NCBI GenBank assembly: GCA_044507735.1
Contig: JBIQJB010000016.1
Coordinates: forward strand, 1-24,817
Reading direction: 5' to 3'
From: Nitrosopumilales archaeon
Lineage (GTDB): Archaea; Thermoproteota; Nitrososphaeria; Nitrososphaerales; Nitrososphaeraceae
DNA length: 24,817 nt
Both the position numbers and the translations under genes were made by a program. Shown here piece after piece: positions 8,126 through 15,995 of the stretch. Within the stretch, counting starts at the first letter, position 1; each line of letters starts with the position of its first letter. A model generated the notes under the pieces. The model saw nothing but the letters and a program-made list of their open reading frames with translations, made no database searches and was not told the DNA's origin.

Positions 8126-8410
8126 ATGGCTACGATTCAGCAATTCAAATTCAAGAATGGCTCTGCCGGCCTCATCGAAACGGTATACTCTATAATCAAG
8201 AGCAGGAGCGGCAAGATCACGAGCAAGGATCTTGACCAGTTGATCGGCAACAAGCAAGATGTAAGGTTTGCCATTACTCGCCTTACCGTGCAGGGCCGAA
8301 TCAAGAGGATTAGGGGCTTTGGCAAGGTGGGAATCGAGTATTTCTACAAAGACATTGCTTCAGAGCCTCAACAGAATTCGGGGCCAAGCGATGCATCTAC
8401 TTTGTACTAG
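8126..8410 (+). CDS. small winged helix-turn-helix protein
   Basis: VYSIIK...ITSKDL...KQDVRFAITRLTVQGRIKR...wing GFGKVGIEYFY; has its own TATA box. Confidence 0.7.
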   Translation: MATIQQFKFKNGSAGLIETVYSIIKSRSGKITSKDLDQLIGNKQDVRFAITRLTVQGRIKRIRGFGKVGIEYFYKDIASEPQQNSGPSDASTLY

Positions 8411-9344
8411 CACCAGCGTCCAGCGCTTTTCTCAGCTCTGCTATGTGTTGCGGGGTTGTTCCGCAGCATCCCCCGATCATTCTTATATTCTCGTATTTCT
8501 CTACAAACTCTGCTAGCGCGGAGGCAATATCTTTGGGGCCCATCTTGTAGACCGCGTGTCCGCCCTCGTTGTGCGGCATGCCTGCGTTTGGCATCACCAG
8601 TATGGGCAGTCCTTGCTCACTCAGCCACCTCACACTAGGCGCCATTTCTGCGGGCCCGGTGGAACAGTTGAGCCCAAACGCGTCGATCTTCATGTCACTC
8701 ACGGTCGTGTAGGCAGCTTGGACATTTGTTCCAAGAAGCATCTTGCCGTACTGATCCAGAGTCACATTTGCAATGATCGGCACCTTCTTGCCTGTCTTTT
8801 GCATCGCCCGGTGGCAGGCTTCGATCGCCAGCTTTACCTCCAAGATGTCTTGGCTTGTCTCTATCAATAGCGCGTCAACTCCTCCGAGGATCAACCCTTC
8901 AGCCTGTAGGGCAAACGCCTCAACTATTTCGTCGAGTGACTTTTGCCCAAGATCTGGGTCATTTGAGCTTGGCAGATACCCGGTGGGTCCCATCGAGCCT
9001 ATCACATAGCACGGCCTGCCATGAAATTCGCTGCAGACTTCTCTTGCAAGCTGGGCTGCCTTTTTGTTGAATTCGGACGTCTTTCCTCCGTAGCCATACT
9101 CGTCGAGCTTTAGTTTGTTAGACCCAAACGTGTTTGTCTCTATGCAGTCAGCACCGGCCTCAAGGTAGCTCCTGTGGATCTCCTTTATCCACTCTGGTCT
9201 TGAGAGGATGAGGCCGTCGTTAAAGCCATCCTTGCCCTCGGGAAAGTCTTCGGGCTTTGGATTGCGGCGCTGAATCTCGGTGCCCATTGCTCCATCAAAG
9301 AGCAAGACGCGCTTTCTTAAGGCCTCAACAAACGACTCTGGCAA
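8397..9344 (-). CDS. metH: homocysteine S-methyltransferase domain (N-terminal module of split MetH)
   Basis: LFDGAMGT, YLEAGADCIETNTFG, Zn ligands GLNCSTGP and GGCCGTT, PNAG. Confidence 0.95.
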   Translation of the reverse strand: MPESFVEALRKRVLLFDGAMGTEIQRRNPKPEDFPEGKDGFNDGLILSRPEWIKEIHRSYLEAGADCIETNTFGSNKLKLDEYGYGGKTSEFNKKAAQLAREVCSEFHGRPCYVIGSMGPTGYLPSSNDPDLGQKSLDEIVEAFALQAEGLILGGVDALLIETSQDILEVKLAIEACHRAMQKTGKKVPIIANVTLDQYGKMLLGTNVQAAYTTVSDMKIDAFGLNCSTGPAEMAPSVRWLSEQGLPILVMPNAGMPHNEGGHAVYKMGPKDIASALAEFVEKYENIRMIGGCCGTTPQHIAELRKALDAGASTK

Positions 9345-9445
9345 TTATGGGACTAAATACATGCAATAGAGTTTAAAACCTTTGTAGTGTTGGACAACAT
9401 CAATTGACGCTGGATCTCTAAACTGCAAAACAAGACCAGGGGACA

Positions 9446-10015
9446 ATGACAGCAACAATCGTAGAACAGACTCTGCAAGATATACCGATTGCCAGGACAC
9501 AAGTCCCGCCTTCAGTACTTCTCATTGGCAAGAAACGAACGCTGGATTATGTCGCACCAGCGCTTTCGAGAATAAACAATACGGGCGAACTCATTATCAA
9601 GGCTACAGGCAGCCTTAGCATAGTGACAGCAGTCGACATCGCCGAGATTGTCAAGCGAGACGTGGCCGGTATCAAGACAGAGTCGATAACTGTAGGGACC
9701 AGCGAGCTGAGAGTCTCGACAGGCGAGCTCAAGCCTATGTCATCCATCCAAATTCATCTCATCAAATACGACCCGACAGCTGTGGTACAGCCAGAAGTCG
9801 ATGTTCACGTACCGGTGGAAGAAACTACGGCGGCTGTCGTAGCAGCGCCTGCAATCCAAGTTCCCATTGAAGAGATAACATCGCCAGCTGCAGCTGATGT
9901 ACCGGTGGCAGTGGTCGCAGACTCTGAAAAGGCGAAAAAGCCAAGGGCAAAGAGAAAGACAACAGCCACGAAGGCGAAGAAAAAGACGACAAGGAAAAAG
10001 AAGTCAGAAGCTTAA
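9446..10015 (+). CDS. Alba-family nucleic-acid-binding protein with long C-terminal extension
   Basis: IGKK..LDYV...IIKATG..I.TAVDIAEIVK...ITVGTSEL...SSIQI.L is the Alba pattern; followed by an Ala/Val/Glu/Pro linker and a Lys-rich tail. Confidence 0.85.
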   Translation: MTATIVEQTLQDIPIARTQVPPSVLLIGKKRTLDYVAPALSRINNTGELIIKATGSLSIVTAVDIAEIVKRDVAGIKTESITVGTSELRVSTGELKPMSSIQIHLIKYDPTAVVQPEVDVHVPVEETTAAVVAAPAIQVPIEEITSPAAADVPVAVVADSEKAKKPRAKRKTTATKAKKKTTRKKKSEA

Positions 10016-10016
10016 C

Positions 10017-11327
10017 TCACGGCGTGACCCGTGACATCGTGCGCGGGAACAACACCGTATCTTTTATGTCTTCCACATTTGTTATCCACCGTACGAGGCG
10101 CTCTATGCCAAGCCCAAACCCACCATGCGGCACAGAGCCGTATTTGCGCAGGTCGAGGTACCAGTCATATGCTGCAGGGTTGAGCCCTTCCTTCTTGATT
10201 CGCTCTGTCATCGAGACGATGTCATCTTCCCTAATACCTCCGCTCGTTATCTCACCAAAGCCTGATGGCGCAAGCATATCTGCGGCCATCCCAAACCCCT
10301 TGTTATCCGGATCTTCCTTTACATAGAACGGCTTGACTGCCATTGGGTAGCCTACCACGAAGATGGGCTTACTGGCATTTTTGGTCAGCTCCCGTTCTGA
10401 ATCGATGTTGAGGTCATCTCCTATGGCAATCTCTCGCTTTGTTCCGTCCTGTTCTGTTACCGCGAATCCTTTTGATCTCAAAATTTCTATCGCCTTTTCA
10501 TATGATAGGCGCTCAAATGGAGGTTCGACCTTTTTCAGGTCTGTCACATCCCGCTTTAGGTATGCCAGCTCTTCACTTCTTTGCCTTATGGTGTTCTGGA
10601 TGATGTATGACACTAGTTGCTCCTGAGCCTTCAGTATGTCTTCTAATGTGACCCAAGGCGCCTCTGCTTCAAGGTGCGAAAACTCGGCTAAATGCCTGAC
10701 CGTCCGGGACCTTTCCGCCCTAAATGACGGCGTGAGGCTCCAGACCGGCCCCAGTGAAAATATCATGGCTTCGAGATAGAGCTGTGCGCTCTGCGACAGA
10801 TATGCCTCTTCATCGAAATATTTCAACTTGAACAGGGTAGATCCACCTTCAACTGCTCCCTTGACTATGGTAGGTGCTGTCACTTCCATCCAATCGTTTT
10901 CTACAAACCACCTGCGTCCTAGGTCGAGCACTGTAGCTCTTATCTTTGCAATTGCAACCATTCTTCTGGTGCGAAGTGCTAGGTGCCTCTTGTCCAGTAG
11001 AAGCTCGTCGCTCTGATATTCGCCAATTGGGTAATCTGTTCCCGCGACATTGAATACCTTGATACTGTTTCCCTTTATTTCATAGCCGCCCTCCGGAGCC
11101 CTCGCGTCGTGGCTTACCGTGCCGGTTACTTCTACCGAAGATTCGATTGTCAGGTTAGCAACTTTTTCGGACGGGAATATGCACTGTATGACTCCGCCCC
11201 TGTCGTCCCTGACAAGCACAAAAGCATTCTCTTTTTGCTTGCGCAGCCTGTAAACCCATCCTCTGATAGTAACTTCCTTGCCAACATTGTCCTGCGATTT
11301 CGCTTGGCTTGTCCTGAGGACGGGCAT
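10017..11327 (-). CDS. asnS: asparaginyl-tRNA synthetase (archaeal type)
   Basis: OB fold VTIRGWV, EGGSTLF, YLSQSAQLYLE (Asn-type; AspRS has QSPQLYKQ), FRAERSRTVRHLAEF, motif 3 PHGGFGLGIER. Confidence 0.9.
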   Translation of the reverse strand: MPVLRTSQAKSQDNVGKEVTIRGWVYRLRKQKENAFVLVRDDRGGVIQCIFPSEKVANLTIESSVEVTGTVSHDARAPEGGYEIKGNSIKVFNVAGTDYPIGEYQSDELLLDKRHLALRTRRMVAIAKIRATVLDLGRRWFVENDWMEVTAPTIVKGAVEGGSTLFKLKYFDEEAYLSQSAQLYLEAMIFSLGPVWSLTPSFRAERSRTVRHLAEFSHLEAEAPWVTLEDILKAQEQLVSYIIQNTIRQRSEELAYLKRDVTDLKKVEPPFERLSYEKAIEILRSKGFAVTEQDGTKREIAIGDDLNIDSERELTKNASKPIFVVGYPMAVKPFYVKEDPDNKGFGMAADMLAPSGFGEITSGGIREDDIVSMTERIKKEGLNPAAYDWYLDLRKYGSVPHGGFGLGIERLVRWITNVEDIKDTVLFPRTMSRVTP

Positions 11328-11372
11328 TCGAAAGAGTAGGTTCCGGACTGATTCTTAAGTGTTGTCAGTTCG

Positions 11373-11819
11373 TCAAGTCGCCGCCGCGTCGGGCGCTGGT
11401 GGCGAGACAGCCTTGCCAAAGTATGCCTTGACGTGTGGCCTGTACAGATAGTAGAGTATCACCCCGTTTATTATGAGGCTTACGACGCTTCCAAAATTGC
11501 CAGTCACTATGGACACTATGGATATCACGATACCGATGATCGAAAGAGCGACTGCAGCCGTCCATGCCCACGACATGCCCTTAAATAGTCCATACGCTAT
11601 GACAAGCGAGGCAATTCCGAGTGCGAGCAAGATTGCGCCAGACACCATTGCAAAAGTGCCAAGCATTGTAGGAGACATGCCCATCGGAAGTTCTTGGTCC
11701 TCCGTTGCCATCGGGATAATGGGAGCCAGGGCAATGGCACTGATGCCGGCTACGATCATCGCAATGCCAGCTATTGCCATCAGGATCCCAATTATCGTGA
11801 CGCCTACGGGCCTAACCAT
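11373..11819 (-). CDS. 4-TM membrane protein of unknown function
   Basis: RPVGVTII start, AYGL.KG..WAW and YYLYRPHVKAYF, a pattern common in archaeal membrane proteins. Confidence 0.85.
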   Translation of the reverse strand: MVRPVGVTIIGILMAIAGIAMIVAGISAIALAPIIPMATEDQELPMGMSPTMLGTFAMVSGAILLALGIASLVIAYGLFKGMSWAWTAAVALSIIGIVISIVSIVTGNFGSVVSLIINGVILYYLYRPHVKAYFGKAVSPPAPDAAAT

Positions 11820-12128
11820 GAATAGGCGCGCTCAATCATCTATTTAACAGATACCTAACATGATGTGGTGCAGAAAAATACAGAAAGATCCCTGAAATTA
11901 TGGTACTGTAGTCTCTCCCACCCTCACGAGCATCGCTCTCAAGAGGATCCGACAGCCTGGACACCGCCTTCAATTCCATTTCATAAAAGATGGCGCAAAG
12001 ATCTCTGGTAACTCAGAGGGAGACCTGTATCAATTTCCTTTGCAAACTCATCTCATCTCCGGCCAAGTTATTGAGTCGCGTAGATCTAGATTTATTATCT
12101 TCCTGAGTAGCTACTCCCACACACACAA

Positions 12129-12722
12129 ATGACGAGAGCCTGGAAAGTACTCGAAAGCAAGAAGCTGTTCAAGGCAACCGATGGCAAGACAGTCTTCATC
12201 GACCTACAACAAGACAGAGTTAGAACACCAAACGGTAAAGTGATCACCTATACAAGATACCATGCATCCGACGTGGTCATAGTTGTCCCCTTCCTTAGCA
12301 GACAGAAACTCCTGATGATAAGGCAGTTCCGCTACCCTATTGGTAAGGCGTTGCTAGAGTTCCCGGCAGGCCACGTTGATAGAGGCGAAGATCCTCTTGA
12401 TACTGCAGCTCGAGAGCTCGAGGAAGAGACTGGTTATGTCGCGAAGGAGTTAGAATATGTATACCGCTACCATCCTGCTGTGAGCCGTACAAAGCAGTTG
12501 GTACATGTCTTTAGAGCGACCGGGCTTTCAAAGGCAGGTAGCACAAAGCATGACAGCGGCGAGCAGATCAAGATGAAGAAAGTTTCGGTGAAAGAATTGC
12601 GCCAGTTAATCAGTAATGGTAAAGTGGAAAACGCAGGCACACTTATTTCGTACCTGCTCTGCTGCACAATGAAGATAATAATAGCACCACCAACAACAAA
12701 TTCCAGGAAAAGGCGGAGATGA
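12129..12722 (+). CDS. Nudix hydrolase (ADP-ribose pyrophosphatase-like)
   Basis: Nudix box GHVDRGEDPLDTAARELEEETGY preceded by QFRYP...LEFPAG. Confidence 0.93.
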   Translation: MTRAWKVLESKKLFKATDGKTVFIDLQQDRVRTPNGKVITYTRYHASDVVIVVPFLSRQKLLMIRQFRYPIGKALLEFPAGHVDRGEDPLDTAARELEEETGYVAKELEYVYRYHPAVSRTKQLVHVFRATGLSKAGSTKHDSGEQIKMKKVSVKELRQLISNGKVENAGTLISYLLCCTMKIIIAPPTTNSRKRRR

Positions 12723-12729
12723 TGGAATA

Positions 12730-13767
12730 ATGGCAGATAAGATGCGCGCAATGGTTCTGAACAAGTTGGCCCCTATAGAGACCAAACCACTCAAGATGAT
12801 GATGATTGACAAGCCGAGGCTAAAGGGACGGAACGATCTTGTGCTGCAGATAGAAGCTTGCGGCGTCTGCAGGTCGAACCTGCATCTTATCGAAGGCGAC
12901 TGGAAAAAGTATGGTTCGCCTTCTTCACTTCCGATCGTCCCTGGTCACGAAGTGGTAGGAGTAGTCAAGCAGGCTGGCAGTGGAGTAAAAAATGTCAAGG
13001 TGGGAGACAGAGTGGGGATACAGCCGCTTTTCAGCTCCTGTCTTCAGTGTGAATACTGCGCTGCCGGTAGAGAGAACCTTTGTGAGAACGCCGAGATAAC
13101 CGGCGAGTCAGTCCGGGGAGGATATGCCGAATACATTTCAGCTGTTGAGGATTTTGTCACTCCAATTCCAGACAACCTTGATTCAGAACATGCCGCGCCG
13201 CTCTTCTGCCCGGGCATAACTGCATACAAGGCAGTGAAGGCGGGTGAGCCGGCTGCAGGAAAATCCGTAGGCATATTTGGCATAGGTGGCGTTGGTCATC
13301 TCGCAATACAGCTGGCCAAGATGCATGGGGCAAGGGTTATCGCAGTGTCAAGGACAAAAAAGCATCTTGACCTATCAAAAAAACTGGGGGCAGACAATGT
13401 CATCGTCTACCAAGATTCACAGGCACAGTTTCTGAAGAACTTGAAGAGGGAAGAGGGACTCCTAGACACCGCGATTGTCTTTGCGCCTTCCGATAGGGCA
13501 ATAGCCTCTGCCATAAAGTCTGTGAAAAAGGGGGGTACTGTAGTATTGGGTGTACTGGGAAGCATTAGCGAATTTCCATCATTTGATGAAAAAATAATCA
13601 AGGGCAGCGTCATTGGCACGAGAAAGGACATGAAGGATCTGGTCGCGCTGGCGAGTAGCTCTGGGCTAAAGGTTGTCATTGAGACACACAAGCTGGAAGA
13701 GGCAAACGAGGTGCTTGCCAAGCTGAAAAAGTCGCAGGTGGAGGCGCGAGCCGTACTTGTCCCTTAG
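12730..13767 (+). CDS. Zn-dependent alcohol dehydrogenase (MDR family)
   Basis: CGVCRSNLH, GHE, structural-Zn C-x2-C-x2-C-x7-C, LFCPGIT, GIGGVG. Confidence 0.95.
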   Translation: MADKMRAMVLNKLAPIETKPLKMMMIDKPRLKGRNDLVLQIEACGVCRSNLHLIEGDWKKYGSPSSLPIVPGHEVVGVVKQAGSGVKNVKVGDRVGIQPLFSSCLQCEYCAAGRENLCENAEITGESVRGGYAEYISAVEDFVTPIPDNLDSEHAAPLFCPGITAYKAVKAGEPAAGKSVGIFGIGGVGHLAIQLAKMHGARVIAVSRTKKHLDLSKKLGADNVIVYQDSQAQFLKNLKREEGLLDTAIVFAPSDRAIASAIKSVKKGGTVVLGVLGSISEFPSFDEKIIKGSVIGTRKDMKDLVALASSSGLKVVIETHKLEEANEVLAKLKKSQVEARAVLVP

Positions 13768-14051
13768 ATCAGCACAATGAACGCGAAATAGATCGCTAGG
13801 TTGACAGCTGTCACCATGCTGCCTACCTTAAAGAATTCAACGAATGAGAATGCTTGGACGCCACGAGACTCTGTAGCCTCTATGATGATGACCTGCAGAC
13901 CAATCATGAGGGCTGCGCCAATCAGCATGGCAGCCCATATTGGAATTCCGAAGCGATTTCGGCCTATTATCAGGGCGTACACTACCGCAAAGACTCCTAT
14001 GGCAATCTACTCCTGCAGACGCTGGAAGGCAGGAGCCGCTATATTTGCCAT
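13764..14051 (-). pseudogene. remnant of ArsB/NhaD (anion/CitMHS-type) transporter with in-frame stop and large internal deletion
   Basis: ATG 14051 MANIAAPAFQRLQE-TAG(14007-14009)-IAIGVFAVVYALIIGRNRFGIPIWAAMLIGAALMIGLQVI joined directly to the C-terminal motif IIIEATESRG..FSFVEFFKVG. Confidence 0.7.
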
Positions 14052-14098
14052 GAATCAGGACAGTTGAACTTAATAGTTCACCGGCGCAATGCCTACAC

Positions 14099-14338
14099 AT
14101 GGAAGAAGCAAGCAGGATAGCCGAGGTGGTAGACAGTCTACACGATCTTGTTGAGAGGAAACAGGTTGGCGCAGATATTGCCATAGCTAGCCTCATCTCC
14201 ACTGCCGGCGAGATTGTTTTAAGTCTCATAGTGGCTCAGCCCGAGCTCAAGGACGCCTACCTCCAGGTGTTCAATAGCTCTGTCGAGCAGGTTAGGCAAC
14301 AATTGAAGCAAGAACTGAAGGCAAGGAACCTCGAGTAA
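14099..14338 (+). CDS. small helical hypothetical protein
   Basis: 79-aa ORF with ATG, amphipathic helices and CTTAATA about 25 nt upstream. Confidence 0.65.
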   Translation: MEEASRIAEVVDSLHDLVERKQVGADIAIASLISTAGEIVLSLIVAQPELKDAYLQVFNSSVEQVRQQLKQELKARNLE

Positions 14339-14592
14339 TTGAAATTGACCTCTTGCTGCCACACCGTGTAGAGTACTCCACCACCTGATGAACAGTAGAT
14401 CAAGAATTTGCAAATGATATGATGATTCTTCCACAGCCCTCTGCTGCAAAGGTTACAGACTCGGAACATCATGAGAAATCTGATGGCTGATGTTTGCAAC
14501 ATCTCATTATCTTGGAGTGTAGGTACTTTCCTAATAATAGAAGAGAAATTTCTCATATACTCCTTATATTGCAAAGATTCACGCAATGAACG

Positions 14593-15378
14593 ATGAAAGC
14601 CAAATTTGCGGCAGCGGTCATTGCAACTTCATTCGCAATCTTTGCCATGGCGTTTGCTTTCTTGCCTTTGGCAAGTGCAAGCGTGTTTTCTGGCACAACC
14701 GCTTCAAACGCAACAACGACATCTTCCAGCAACATGACTATGCTAGGCAATATGTCCAATACAATGCCTTCGGGCGCGATGGAAGATGGCCTGATGGAGC
14801 ACATGAAATGGTATAATGAGTCGGGCAAGATGTTTGGCATTATTTCAAGCATACAGAACAACGAGGAGGGTGAGCCTGCCTGGGTTGTAGCTGGTCATTG
14901 GATGATGACAAACGACACTTCTGGCACCAACGCGACCGAAGAAGGTTCCACCACCAACATCACTGACTTTAATGCAGGGTTCTACATGACAAGGTTCGAC
15001 GGTTCCGCCCAGCATACCCACAAAATATTCAACTTTACACAGACTGAACCAAGCACAACAGAGGGAAATGAGACAAGGGTCGTTGGCACTACCACTGTAA
15101 CCTTGGCTGAAGGTCCAGTACACAATGTAGATACTGAAATCACGATATCTGGCGGCAACATAATCGCCATATCTGTAGATCCTGAGCAGACCAACAACCA
15201 CTTTGGCAACACGCCGATCTATGGAATGGTCATAACGCCCGAAATCATACAACATACCCTCAGCGAGATCATGAACTCGACGCATTCCATGACTGGAGAC
15301 ATGATGGGAAGAGACTACATGATGCATAACAGCAACAACACAACTACCTACTCAATGCCTGATGAATCCGGATACTAG
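14593..15378 (+). CDS. secreted Met/His/Thr-rich glycoprotein of unknown function
   Basis: Signal peptide (..ASA), core motifs G.ISSIQ..W...G.W, DGSAQHTH, HFGNTPIYG, and 12 N-x-S/T sequons. Confidence 0.88.
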   Translation: MKAKFAAAVIATSFAIFAMAFAFLPLASASVFSGTTASNATTTSSSNMTMLGNMSNTMPSGAMEDGLMEHMKWYNESGKMFGIISSIQNNEEGEPAWVVAGHWMMTNDTSGTNATEEGSTTNITDFNAGFYMTRFDGSAQHTHKIFNFTQTEPSTTEGNETRVVGTTTVTLAEGPVHNVDTEITISGGNIIAISVDPEQTNNHFGNTPIYGMVITPEIIQHTLSEIMNSTHSMTGDMMGRDYMMHNSNNTTTYSMPDESGY

Positions 15379-15379
15379 G

Positions 15380-15406
15380 CCTCTTCTTTCCCTTCTTCCC
15401 TTTTTT
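15380..15406 (+). terminator. polypyrimidine/oligo-T terminator
   Basis: CCTCTTCTTTCCCTTCTTCCCTTTTTT immediately after the stop codon. Confidence 0.55.
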
Positions 15407-15815
15407 GTTGATCTCGATTGTAGCTGATGATGTGCTCATCTTTGACAGTCTTGTCATCATCTCCTTCTGATATTCGATTGTGTGGGAGAAATCTGCAGGA
15501 TTTCTGGAACTTTCTTTTCACTAACATTGATAGTGATTTTCTGGTCCATATCCCAAGTCATTTCTGCAATAGGGGCGCATAAAGAATGCCGAACCAATCG
15601 GCAAATTGGTTTCTTTGCCAATTTTCTTGACAATTCTGATTTCGCGGGTCTTTCTTTTTCGGGTGTTGCAGAATAGATAGCACAATAGCCTTTGGGGTTG
15701 AATATGAAAATGAGTTCGTATTGTATGCAGCACATGGTGGGAGGCAGAACCGCCATCGGGATCTCTACAGGTGTCAATAATTTGAGACTGCACGCTTACG
15801 ATAGTCAAGCTAGGA

Positions 15816-15917
15816 AGCCCTAGGTGGGATTCGGACCCACGACCTAAGGTTCTTTCGACCTTCAGGAAGACTGAAGGTTTACGAAACCTTCGCTCTGCCA
15901 GGCTGAGCTACTAGGGC
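15816..15917 (-). tRNA. tRNA-Thr(CGU) with 28-nt intron at 37/38 (15852-15879)
   Basis: Acceptor GCCCTAG/CTAGGGC, anticodon stem AAGGT/ACCTT, BHB central helix TTCG/CGAA, intron hairpin ACCTTCAG/CTGAAGGT; T-loop TCCGAAT. Confidence 0.92.
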
Positions 15918-15995
15918 AAAACCCACGAAAATTCTGGCCACTCGTTATTTAATGCTTGGCGCTAAATTAAATACCACCGGGAACTGTTTTTCGTT

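Noticed and set aside
14007-14009. In-frame TAG as possible pyrrolysine/readthrough
   Set aside because: The gene is also internally deleted and no pyl machinery is visible; simple decay is more parsimonious.
14419-14483. Possible C/D box sRNA (ATGATGA ... CTGA)
   Set aside because: No convincing internal D'/C' boxes, terminal stem or identifiable rRNA/tRNA guide.
15427-15470. ATGATGT ... CTGA C/D-like segment (similar one at about 11860-11895)
   Set aside because: Imperfect C box, too short, and no D'/C' pair.
15457-15808. Overlapping minus-strand ORFs downstream of tRNA-Thr; possible integrated-element remnant
   Set aside because: No recognisable domain, no integrase, and no duplicated tRNA 3' end (att site) found in the window.
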